64,000 nt of DNA, from positions 248,001 to 312,000 of the forward strand of contig CDRNST010000125.1 of the NCBI GenBank assembly GCA_977016875.1. Reading direction: 5' to 3'. Positions 1-13,100 of the stretch are shown here, in pieces (the stretch's first letter is position 1; every line of letters begins with the position of its first letter). Source of the DNA: Pavona decussata (taxonomy: Eukaryota). Both the position numbers and the translations under genes were made by a program. The notes under the pieces were generated by a model that saw only the letters and a program-made list of their open reading frames with translations, did not search any database and was not told the origin of the DNA.

Positions 1-484
1 CGAGTTAAAAATAAATACGTGCTTTCACTCGTTTTTCTTGACCCATGTAACACTGATTCAGTTGAACAAGATCTTAAACATAAAAATCAAATACTAAATA
101 ATACTAACGTCTGGTTGAGATAATGGAAAAAAGAAACTCAAATATTAAATGGCAAAATTAATAAGCCTCAATGTTGAATTCTTCTACCAGTTAACTAAGA
201 AATATCCGTTGAAATTTCAAAATAGTGTATTTTGTGACATTAATTTGTTCCATTTTTACTGTCAACAGGACCACAAAGGACAGAACAGATTTTGCCACCA
301 AGCTTCACACAACCCTAAAATTCCGAAAAAACCTTTGATTTTCAGAAAAAACATTTAGTTTCAATTTTTCATGATTTTAGATTTCTTCTGCCTTTAAGCT
401 GTGAAAGCCAAGATTTGAGAACCAAAAAAAGGTATTCTTGCGAAAGAAAGCCGAAAATTCTAAAATAATTACCGAAACTGGACT

Positions 485-701
485 CTGGGCCAGTTTGTTC
501 AAATCCCGATTAAGCTAATCCTGGGTTAACGTGAACTTTGCACCGGAGTTTAAACACCAATCACTAAAGATTCTTCCAGAAGGTTTTTACCGCTATTAAA
601 GTTTTACTTAAGCTTTTCTTTTGGGAGCGAGATGAAAACCTCGGTTAATTTTTAAATCAGGAATCATAAGTGTTAATCGGCTTTCGAACAACCGGGATCT
701 G
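485..701. mobile_element. MITE
   Basis: CCAGTTTGTTCAAA...CCGATTAA / TTAATCGG...TTCGAACAACCGG; related ends at 29526-29674. Confidence 0.55.
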
Positions 702-1610
702 GAGAATAATTGCATAGTGAAAAATAAACTGAAACTTACAGCTTTAGTATATAGAGCCCGAAAAATTGTGTGAAATAACTCAAAAATCTGTTCTCGATAC
801 CACTGTAACGAAGTCTGAATATATAGAGTGTTTCTTTCCTCATGCTTCAATTTAACATAAGATTTTTCTGATATTTTTGCAGGTTACAAAAGCGTGACAT
901 ACATTTGAATTAGGTGCCTCTTGCCGTAAGTGTAAACTTGTACGGTGTAATAAATTGGTTCAAAGTTCACACTTGCTCGTGTAGCGTCGATCGTTAAAGT
1001 CGCAATTTTTTTTTATCAAAATGCCAAACGTTTTTCTTTCTTAGCCTGAAGAATACTAAAAGAAAGTTGTCTGTCGGCTGAAACTGTTGTTTTGCTCGCT
1101 TTGCTTTCGGTGGTAGATAAATGCCTTCCTGACATGTTTTTAAACATTAACAAAAAATTTACAGCTGTACGTGGAACATATTTTTTTAGAAAAAGTAGAT
1201 TACAACAAAAATACAATTAAAAAAAAATGGTGGCAAATTCATTCAATCTTTTGTGGTCCGTAACTCCAATTTGGTGCTAAAGATGTGCCAGACGTTTTCT
1301 ATGGTTTAGTCCGCATTATTCCAACCAGACGCTTGTTTTACCATACAAACTACAGCATGTAAAGGGAACACAAGGAATAACAAAAGCATCCTCTATAAGG
1401 TTTTGTTTTCAAAAAGTTAGAAGATTTTCTACCTAAGAACTCTTATTTTAGTTCAATCATATCATGCCAGTTTTTGACGCCACATTGCAACAATTCAATC
1501 GATTCCATGGGGATGTTCTTTAAACCATTATATGTCCCCTTGGCAACAGCAAGAACGAAGGTGGAACTGCTAAGTGTAGATGCATAATTTTAATTTTTAT
1601 TTCCGCTGCG

Positions 1611-2065
1611 AATTGACCAAAACAGAGAGACATCCAAAACTAAAGCATTTATTTAGAAAGTAAAGCTTCAAGTTTCTTTCTAATTCAGTCGAAAAAAGTA
1701 GGCCGTCAACAAAGTTTCCATTTCACAGATCAAACAATATGATGTTTGAACATTTTGGTAGACAACCACGCAGGCAATTTCATGTTGAATTGATCAAAAC
1801 GGAAAGATAATCCAAAACTGAAGAATTTATTTTGAAATTTAAGATGTCCAGTATTAGTCGTAAGGCTATCAACAAAGTTTTCATTCACAGACCGAATAAT
1901 ATAGAATTTTGAGATGTTTGTAGATAGTCAGACAATTTCATAGACGGAGAGAGATCCAAAACTGAGGCCCATTTCCTTTCTAACCAGTTAAAAGATTAAG
2001 CTCATCAACAACGTCTCCAAATGATAAATAATTTTCAAGACTTTTGCAAACAGTCAGGCAATATA
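1611..2065. repeat. Three degenerate tandem units (~120-180 bp)
   Basis: Recurring ATCCAAAACT...TCAACAA...CAGRCAAT. Confidence 0.6.
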
Positions 2066-5000
2066 TTGACATACGAAAATAAACATTTCTTTTGGATGTT
2101 TTCAACTCGATCAAATCATCCGTTGAAGTTAAGAAAGAAAATGCATTTGCTAGTCTTATCTCTAGATATCTTTTTACCGTGTTGTACTTAGCCTAGAACT
2201 TGGGTATAAGATTTCAGAATTTTTCAAAAAGAAAAGAGAAGCAATTGTTTCTTTAGATTTTGATCGAGCTGTCGTTTTATCCAGCGTTATTTTATACAAC
2301 TCGCAGTTCCACCTTGGCAACACAATATTACTAAAACATAACTGAACCGACTTCTAGAAAACGTAACACTGAGCGATTGCTGATGTCGAAATTTTCCAGA
2401 TGCCCACAATATTGCTTAAAAAAAAGAGATTAACTAAGTTTTCAAGTTGTATCTACGCATAAAACAGATTAAAATCGCGAAAAATGCCAGTATGGACCAA
2501 TCGCTCAGAGTTGACGCTGAAAATGCGTTAACCGATCTGCAAAGTAATACCTTTAAAAGGGAGTGGCTGGTATATTTTAGAAAGATTGAAAGTAATTTTT
2601 AGCTGTTTCGAAAGTTAAAATTAAGAGAAAATTAAGCGATCGACCGTATATTCGAGTGTCAGCATTTTATTCCTAAACTAAAGTATCTCGTAATTTCCTC
2701 GAACCTTTCCTCTCACAAAATGGTTAAACTCTCCTAAAATAAAAAAGCGATATTTTGGTGAATAAATCATCTATTGAATGTTGCTGACTTCACTGTGATT
2801 ACAATATGTTGTGTCCTATACCGCCACCATCTTTCAAAGGCATTTTATTTATACAAAAATAAAATCTTATCTTTTTCCGGTTGCTTCAGTTCAGTGCTTT
2901 TTCCTCTTTTCTGATACTTTTGCTCCTCCTGTTCAGTCTTCTTTCTAGCGAAAATGTCCTTTCTGAAAATTAAACAAACAAAACACATGAGTTTGTGTTC
3001 AACAAATACTCCCACACAAAGCCAACACGTGTGCTGTGTCTTTACTTTGACACTTAAATATTAAGTTTATCGTCGTCATCGTACGTCGTCGTCATCATTA
3101 TCACCATCCGGAGGGATTTCCGCTTGGAACTTAGTGTTTTTAAGCTCAGCAGAGCACAAAGTAAACATTCATTTGGCAAAGTAACGGAAAACAAACAGCA
3201 TAACAGGAAAGTAATACTCAGTAACTTTCGTTTGAGTAGCCGCCGTTAAGACTTTAGGATTTCATCCGCAGACTTAAAACTTGGAACCACCTTGGGCAAG
3301 ATTTCGGCAGAGCCCACACGTAATTATACATGCAACAGTGTCATTCTAACCCTCTTCCAAAAACAGCGACCGTAAATAGAGTTTAAGTTGCAAAATGTAT
3401 GCATAAATTTATGTTGAGGCTGTGTGGAATCTTGCACAAGGTGGTTCTATAAGTTTCCCCACCTTGTACAGCCGTTACAAACAGCACTACACACCGACAG
3501 TTGGTTAAGCGAGACTACAAATTTGAACATTTTATGTGAACTGACAATGAAATTGTACCCGATTTTCAAGAGAACAAATTTATTTACACGAACAACTATA
3601 CTGTCGTATATTTATGAGTTTTTCAAAGCGAGAGAATTATGAAAATACGAAATCGTTCAATGTTCTTTCAGCCTCATGCAAATCAGTTGACAAAGTTCTC
3701 AGCACGCGACCACTGCGAACAATTTGGAAAGTTCTCTCCCACCGAGAGAGGAACCTAAAATTCACTTTATTTATCGTTAACTCTTCCGAAGCTTTGATAT
3801 ACTTTTATTTCTTCTTTAATTTGTTTTAATCTAAACACGAGTAGAGCGAACAGTAAGTTAATCGATAAAACCAAACTCCAGGACGCCCAAAACGATTGAC
3901 ATCGGAATTTTACGTACTGAAACATTTAACGGAATTCGAAACTTACCATTTCCGTCTCAGTGAAGCGAATATTCCTTTCTTCAAAGTCATTGATGCTCCT
4001 CGCGTATCAGTAAAGCTTTAACGACAGAGGTCATCTTCAAACGTCCTTACTCGCTGAGTAGTTGCTCGATTTGACGCGAATTCTTCACTTTGTCATGAAT
4101 ATGGATTAGAAGCTGGAACCAATCACTAGCCGATAATAAAGGCATATTTGGAGCGGAATTTATTGCTATGCTTCAACGACTTCACATTTTTCATATTGTT
4201 GTTCAAATTCAAGCCTGTGGGATTTTTAGCGTGAGAAGAACTGTATGAACCATTTTCCGCCCATCCAAATCGTGTTTCTATTAAAGCCTTAAAATCTCTT
4301 TTCATATTTGTTTTATAAAATAAATATTCATGTAATGTTTAAAACACGAGTAGCAGTGTGTTATCGGGATTTAAAACCACGAGGCGCAGCCAATAAGACA
4401 CGTGCTGCGAGTTTTTTGAACGGCTTCCAAAAACTTCCTGGAAAAGCGTGTGTCAAGAGAGTTCACAACAATGATGCTTTTGTGAACGTTGGAAATTAGC
4501 ATAGGAGAAAATCATTAACCACGGCATACTAATAAGGAGGAGGTTTTATCGGTTTTTAAAACCACTGCACGTGATTTTTTATCGACCATTTGATGGGTCA
4601 ATAGGCTTATGAATTATTATTGCATTTTTGAAATACTCTTGTACAATCTGATGAAAAAAAAATCGTTCCGCTTTCTGAATCAGCAGTACTTCATGATCAG
4701 AGAATACTTTACCTCTGTATGCTTCAAGAATATTGCCTTAAAAAACTAAATTGGAATTGAAACATTAAAACCCGTGTACCTTAAGTTAGATAAATATGCT
4801 TTAATCTTTATATTGTCGTGGTTGAAATTAAAGGATAACAATGCCTGCGCAGTCGTATGCTAGCTGGCACAAAAATTTAAGTTAGATCAGGAGGAAAGTA
4901 GAGTAAGACCAAAGTTTGTGATCACTAATGAATATCATCTCATACTAATACCTTTGAAACGGGACATCTTGCAGTTACCTGCGTTTGAATGGACAAAATG

Positions 5001-6923
5001 TTCAAATTATTCTTTTTCTCTGGGAGAAAAATTGAATTTGCTTGATTAAGTTTTTATGAAGTAGGAAAAGATTTAAGATAGAGATAAAAGAGGTACGGGT
5101 ACATACACCAACAAGACGCCTATGGGCGTTTACGCGGGATGCGTTGGTGTACGTTTAGCACAAAGTGCAGTTGGAAACGTATCCTCCAGTCACGATTGAG
5201 CTAATGGTCTATAGTGTTCATTTTAAAAACATTTGTTCAAAATAATAAAAAAAAAATGTTCTTAACTGGCTCTCAGCCTGGGTAACGTTCTGAGTATGTT
5301 CTTAGAATTAAGCTAAACGTAGCCTCAACGTTCGATCAAATCTCTCTAATCTTGTTGTCTTTATTGTTATTGCACCCACTTATGATGACGACGATGAGAA
5401 GAGAAAAACATATATTAACAAATACCAAGAATTTTATTACCGTGCCATGTAAGTCTAACATACATCAAGAGTACGCTGAGTGATCATGAATTCGACACAC
5501 AAGTCTAAAAATAAATTCTTATAAACCCCTATCTACAATTAACTTAGAATTTTTTCTGTGGCAGTCTAGTAGATAAATTAGATTTACTACTGTATGTATG
5601 TCTACAAATAATTGTCATTTATTATATATTAATAACTAATACATAATAACTATGGCAATTCTATTTCAAACAAAAAGAGATTTAAAAGTACTTTGATTTA
5701 CGCTAATAGCTAGGTTCTATTCTCTCACTATTCATCAATCAAGTTGCTTAAGTCTACAGGTGTACTGTAAACTACTTTTAAGCAGCAAATGTTAAAAATT
5801 TCTGCCCTTTCTCAAGAGAAAAATAATTTTAGTCTCTTTGGAGAGATTCCAAAATCATCAGGAGTGAAAAGGTCAGAATAATAACAAACTTATTTCAGAC
5901 AACTTCAAATGAACCCACTTTCTGAAATCTTTTCTTGGAATGTCCATGCTCTCACTTTGTGAACTTTTATCGCAGGACTACATGTATGCCACCTGTTTCT
6001 TAATTGAAATTTTAATTTATTTAAGGCTTACAGACAAACTGACGCCTTTGTGTCTCCAAACAAAGTTTAAAAACGCATTCTGGTTTATTCTCCCTTTGAG
6101 AAAATCACTTGATATCTTCCTCGATCTTCAATAATGTGATGATTAAGCAATGAATCATGCACGGGAAAACAGACTAGTTTGCTAAGTTAAAATTTAATCA
6201 AAGTTCCGACTTAAGAATGTAAAAATCCCCATGACAAAGACTCCTTTAGCGTGGAATAATGTAACTTAACTATATTGTTGCTACGTGAAGTTCCTAATCG
6301 TCATATCTTGGAAACCCTAACTTCCACAGAGAAGTTGTTTGGATCACCTTTTTTGAGTCACAACCATAATTAAAATTATTTGGCAAGTCACATGATTGGT
6401 AAAGAAAAAGACCAACAGTACATCAGTAAAACTCAAACAACATACTCCCAAGAAAATTGAAAACAATACACATAGTGTAAGATCGGTAAGGTGCAAAACG
6501 TCATGATTGTTTTTTTGAAATTTGAATTTTTATAGAAGTTGTGATGCCAGAAGCACATTTATGTATCAATTTTCTTTATGATCAGTAGCAATACTATTAT
6601 TTATAACAACAGTAAATGCTTTACTAACATTGGGTTATAAAGAAGGCCTGAATACAATGTATCTCTCATGAAAAAAAAAAAACACAAAATTCATAACTCT
6701 ACCCCTTTTTTCTCCAAGTTTTAGGGATTTTCTCTCTGACGTGTGGTTGGAGACTGACACTAGTTAGTCATGTGTGTAATTACGATTTTTTTTAATCTAT
6801 CTGTTCACCCTAAAACATTAAAACGCTGCAAAACAGAGTATCGGTTCAAAAAAAAAATATCATCCCCAAAAAATCTCCTAGCAACAACTATAGTTAAGTT
6901 AGTCCCTTGACATCATGGCGACT

Positions 6924-7145
6924 CTAATCTTGCCATGGTGTCCAGATTCCCTCTAAAAGAGCTTTAGCAAATGCTTTAGGATCAGTTGGGCCATACAGCG
7001 AGGGCACTACCCCCTTCATGTAGTATTGCACTCTTTCTTGCATGGACTTTACCACATCTGGAAGCTGCTCACTGAGGTTGTTGTGCTCTGTTGGGTCAGC
7101 GGTAATATTGTACAAGGCCACCTTCAAAGGGTCTCTGATGATGTT
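6924..7145 (-). CDS. ARSB: Arylsulfatase exon 7 (terminal)
   Basis: [15 protein letters not shown]...GIWTPWQD*; acceptor CTAG at 7146 (acceptor position less certain). Confidence 0.85.
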   Translation of the reverse strand, partial: NIIRDPLKVALYNITADPTEHNNLSEQLPDVVKSMQERVQYYMKGVVPSLYGPTDPKAFAKALLEGIWTPWQD

Positions 7146-10100
7146 CTAGTGAATAGAATTAGGGTGTGTTCAATTGGACAACTGTACTGTAAAAAGCTCT
7201 TACTATTATTTAGCACCCTCCCCCCCTCTATTTACCCTTCCCCACGGGTGCTCTAATAAGCCCTCTATTCAGTGGCAGTTGGTTTTTGTAATAAGCCCCA
7301 CCCCCACCCTCCCCCCCCCCCCCACCTCTGATAAGCCACTTTTGGGACATGAGAATTTGTGCTTAGTCCCTCCTATTTCCTATTACGAAATCCACTTTAT
7401 GCGGCCCACTGCAGTTGGTTTGTGTTTTTTATGAATTATAAATATACACTCAAATACATTGGGTTTGTCTTTTCCATGTTTAAAATATTCACTCAGAGTC
7501 TGAATTTGACATTTGCATGTTTTTCATGAAGAGTGAATGATGTTTACTGAAAACAGAATTTTCGGGTGGTACATGTCTCTGTCAATTGCGTTTTTCCATA
7601 ATATTCTGGCATAGTCATAGTCTCTAGTGGGGAGGAACATTTTAACTGATGATGCAAAAGCATTGAAATAGAGCTGTGTTCTGGGGGAATAACATCCCTT
7701 TTAGCCCATAAATACTATACAACTTTTGTACAGCATTTAGTTGCATTGGATGTACATGTACCTCTGGACAACTATAAAGGCCTGTGAAGACATTGACAGA
7801 TTAAAAATGTCTTGCCATTAAAGGTTGGACTCAATGTACAGATGTGTACATTAATAACAGTTCAACCTCCAATGTACAAACTGTAGTACCCTACCTTGTG
7901 TAGTCTCATGTCTGGCTTGCCACCCAGCTCAGGAGGTTTGTACCAAGAGGCATTGTCCACACTCATTAGAAGCTTCATGTCACCTTGTCTAAAAGCAATT
8001 CCTTCATACTTGGTAATGGCAGATAAGTCGTGTTTTTCATCAGGATTCAAGTCAATATTGAGAAGTATCTCTTTCCTGGGTGATGGCTCACCATTGGAAA
8101 TGGTGTCCCACACATTCATACCATCCAGTGGTGTTGGTTCGTAATCGAGAGTACCACCTTGATAAAATAGAAAACAAAATCTCGACATTACTGCACCTTT
8201 TAATAACATGCAGTCACCCTTAAGTTCAAATTATTTATTTACCAACCATTATGTTTTTCACCACTGCCAATAAGAGCTGTTGACCTTTTAAAGGCTGATT
8301 TAGATGGTACGACTTTGCTGGTTTATCTAAAACCCAGAATCCGGAATCCGGAACAAAACAAAAATTAAAATTCGTCAGCATGAAAATTTCAACGAAGGTT
8401 AAAGTCACTTGGGAAACAGTTTTTATAGCTTTTGAATAATTATAATATCTGTCAAGAGCCCAGTGAAATTTTCAAAAGTTTACCCTAGATTTCAATTGCT
8501 GAGGCAGGTGAGTCACTGGTTTGGAATAAAGGTTCCCAATCTTCAAACGTACTCTTAAATACCCCCACACCTCTTCCTACTCTTCACGTTTCCTCCTGCC
8601 ATAGCAGCTCGCTAGAGAGACAATGAAAGGTAACTAGAGGAAAGAGTCAGTGTTGCGTTTATCACTCATCAACTCTTTGCAAGACTCACTGTCTGCATAA
8701 TAATAATAAAAAAAAGGCTTGAAACAAGTCAGTATTGGGGGTGGCTTAGATTTCATCTAAAAAACAGCTTCAAATTGCACCGACCCTGGATAGATAGCGG
8801 GCAAAGTTATTTATTCATTTATTAACACATCTGTTCGTCCGTCCGTCCGTCCGTCCGTCCATCCGTTCATTCATTCGTTTGTTCCTTCGCTCACTTACTC
8901 ACTCGCTCTTGGTTCTGTCATGCCTGCTGGCATACATTCGTATGTTCAGTCATGTATGCATGTATCCATTTATGCACCTTTTTAAAAAAGAGCGTCGAGC
9001 TGCTGGTGCAAAGGAAACGCTTTATGTTGATGGCCTTTTTTGAAATACAGTAAGAACTTCAGGAGCCTGTGAACGATTTCCCATAATTTAGTAATCACAA
9101 TAGCAGGATGTAGATAACAAATTATTTTATATCCTCTAATTCCCGATACCTCGGAAGCCACCCTTATGCCCCAAAAATTTGTTGAGCTGTAATATATGTT
9201 AGTCACAATGTTATGACATGTGTAAAGATGTATTTCCATCGTGAATGCATTAACTTGCCTACTGTGCCTGTCAAAATACTACCAATTGAACACATCTCTT
9301 GCCCCTAGCTCTTCCGAAAGAACGAAAATCCCCTACTCACAAGCCAATCAGCATACGGCAAGTCACACAGAAAAAGAAAAATAGAAAGAAAAGAAAGTCT
9401 TTCCTGTTTTACGGATTCCGTGTATTTGATTTTATTAACATAGATAGGTGTCGTTCTGGTGTGTTTTAAAGTTTTATGCTTTAAAGGAATTGCCTCAGAA
9501 TACTAACACCATAGGCTTAATTGCAGCAACTGAAATCTTAGGCAAACTTTTGAAAATTTCACTAGGCTCCTGACTGATATTATAATTTTTCAAGAGCTAT
9601 AAAAACTGTTTCCCAAGTGACTTTAACCTTCGTTGAAATTTTCATGATGACGAATGTTCATTTTTGTTTTTTTATTCCGGATCCCGGATTCCGGATTCTG
9701 GATTCCATGTTTTAGGTAAACCCCAACTTTGCTGTATGTATTAACATGTTGACATTATACATGTACATGCACAAGGTGTAGGAAATGTTGAATGACAGGT
9801 TAGAGTACTGTACGATTTTATGCATCATGCAAGCGCTAGCAGTGCATGCAGCTACAGAACTCACATGCAACAGTCGTATAAGCAAAAGTTTTATCCATCT
9901 ATAATAAAGAACCAGCCTTTACATTTAACGAAATCGTTTGGCTCAAAATTTGGGTTCAAAAGGTCATGCCCAATCGCTGTGATGGGCGTATTTCAATCTT
10001 CTTTCTCGGTTTCTGTATTTTGGTAGTCAGTCAGTGGTCAAGCTGTAATACTATAATATTACTATATAATTGTATTCATCTCTGACTGCTAATGATGGCC

Positions 10101-13100
10101 CGTAAAATACCACTGGACAAACTACCAAATTTAACATCTTGGAAGATTCTTGAAATTTGGTAAGCTGCAAAGTAAAACATCTTGTGAGTTATCATCACTA
10201 GATTAGTACATACCTGCAAGGTTAACCAATGTTGGAAACCAGTCTGTAACATGCATTAAGCCTTCACATTTGACACCTTTCCTACCAAGCATATTTCCAT
10301 GGACAAAACTAACCCCTCTCACCCCTCCCTCCCATAAAGTAGTCTTCTCCCCACGGAGCGGCCAGTTGTATCCACCATAATCATGCCATCCTCCATTATC
10401 TGTTGAGAAAACGACAAGAGTGTCCTCCCACAACCTACGCAAGAAAGAAGAAAAGAGAAAACTGAGTGTAAATTATTAATCAAGTCTGTGCTTTTTTGAT
10501 TAGGTCTTATGATTACAATGAAGAGAACATCCCACATCAGAAATGATGCTTGAAAGGTGTACTACTGAATGAACAGTCCATTATTCCTGGCTAGAATTAA
10601 AGTGAGCTGTTGTAATTTCAGAAGTTTGCATCACAAATGATCTTCACTTGCTGAACATGACAAACCTAAATTAAGCTCCAAAGAAGACCTTTGGCAGGTC
10701 AAGCATTGCCAGATATTGTCCAATCTTGTACCCAGAGTCCTCTGGCTCTTTGAGCAGTAGTTGGTCTCTAGGAAAGACTCTGGAGGATTCGAAAAAAAAA
10801 AAAATTTTTTGATTGGCTGCTCCGTGATGGCTTTCATTGTCTTACTGCAGAAATTCTGCGGTAATAAAATTCCAGCTCTCCAGAGTCTCTCCTGGCGCCC
10901 AACCGCTGGCCAAAGAGCCTGAGGACTCTGGATACGAGATTGGATATTGTCTGGCAAGACCCTACCTCACCACAAAATTGTCTAAATTTGCTGTGCGTGC
11001 ACACGTCACTAGCTGATACATGAGGATATTATTTATTTACTAGTTGGTTGATATCTATCAAGCTAACATGAACAGGTTTAATAACAGCAGCATGGTGATA
11101 ATAAAAGCACAATTAAGTTAGCCAACAGTAGATCTTCTTAGATTGCATGGGACATCAAGATGTGGCTATATACTGTACATGTAGTTACAAAAATATTGGA
11201 TCCTTATAATTAACAGTTATAATTAATTATTATTATAATTTAATGTTAACCAAAGCCTCAGGTCTGGCATTCAGGGAAGCTGGTCAGGAACAATTGGACT
11301 TGTTTCCTCCAACAGTGGGTGGTAATCAACCTACATGTACCAACAGTTGATCAAGTAATGGTAATTCTGACTGTGCAGGACCAGAAAATATCCATGTACT
11401 CCCCCCACGGAAGGTTTTCCTTGTTAAATTGCATCCCCCCTCCCCAAGTAAATTCCAGTTTAGATTCATACTTTGCTTCTAAAATATTGCACCCCCTCCC
11501 CCTAGGAATTTCCAATGACGTTCCATGGGGTGGGTATGGATTTTTTTATGGCACTGCACATCGGATATGCTTAAATCAAAATCAATGTCCATACCCAGCA
11601 TCCTTCATGGCCTCTGTGATATTGCCGACTGCCTCATCCATGATATCCACCATACCAGCATAACTCCTACGATCTTTATCCTCAATAAAACTGTATTTGT
11701 CTGTGTACTGTGCAGGAGCTTGGAGTGGTTCGTGAACATTTTGAAATGCCATGTACAGAAACAAAGGAGTAGAAGCATCGTGTGACTTGATCACTTCCTT
11801 AGCTCGCTATAATAATTATTGATCAGAAATATGACAGCTGGTGTTAAAGACAATAAGGCCTTGTGATTTACATGACTATTAGTAATTATTAATATATAGA
11901 TCACAAGGCCTTAGGGTACAATGACAACTTAGTAGTGAGTGACAGTACTGGGGACCTACATGTACTGACAGTACAATTGTATTGGTGAATGCAGAATAAT
12001 GAGATACATTTTACATGTATCTATAGCACTCATGATCAGAAGCAAATTAAAGTGAAGGGGTTGATCATTCTTGGAAAATGTTGAAAGTGGGATGTCAGAG
12101 TCCTAAAAGGTTAAACAACCAGGATCTCCTATTTTCATGTTACAATTTACCCTTACACAGGGGCAGAAAATATCATTCAATTTGATAATGATTTAATAAC
12201 ACAGTACTTGAGCTGGTGACCGAGCCGAGGGTGAGGACTCAATAATTGAATTGTACAAATAATGTACAAAGTAACATGTAATGCATTTCAAAAACATCTG
12301 GAGAGCATAATTCTTCACTTTGCGCGGACATGGTGTCCATGTAAAAAAATGTCTCATTAGCCTGGCGTTCGCATTTGCGATAAATAGTATTCACATGACA
12401 GACAATATGCAAAGTCATTTCTCGTCTTAATACATGTAATTATTTATAAGTTCTGCTGTGCAAATTTCTCTCAATCATTTAAACGTTAAAAATATCAATA
12501 CCATTTGAGATTCCTCCATAATTAGTGTATTGCAAAATGTTTCATGCCAATGAATTGGTTAAGGAGACGGTAATTTAAAAAGATCCACTACAGTAGGAGA
12601 CTTGTAAGTCGCCCAAATGGCCTGAGCTTTAAGCATGAAGCAACTATAGGACTATTAATTACCCTTCCCCCACCCTCTCCGATGGGATGCTAGTCTATCG
12701 AAGTGTTACTACTAGCAGCATGTCGCCAGTAACCAATATTATATACAACTGAGTGAAGAGAGACAATGTGGTGCAAAGAATTGAAAAGAAACCTCCTCAA
12801 TGGCCTTACAGATTGAAATATTAAGAAACTGTCCTGCCATTAAATGTGACTAGTAAGATTTTGTGAGATGCATTTATTTAATTTAAATAGGGTTAAATGT
12901 AATTTAACTTAGTTAACGACTTGGAGCAAGTTTGCTCCGTGGTGGCGTGGCGTAGCGAGGCGTTAGCGTTTATTGGCGTATAGTTTGAGCACGGGTAGCA
13001 CATTAGCGTTTGGGCATTTGTTACATTATTGTTTGGGGCCTGGTTCAGGTCTGCAGGCAGTTGCGTGGCCAGCGGTATTCTCTTGCAGTTTAGGCGTGCT

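Noticed and set aside
2860-4100. Exon-like minus-strand fragments with splice-like signals
   Set aside because: Multiple stops and no recognisable motif; possibly a decayed pseudogene but not supportable.
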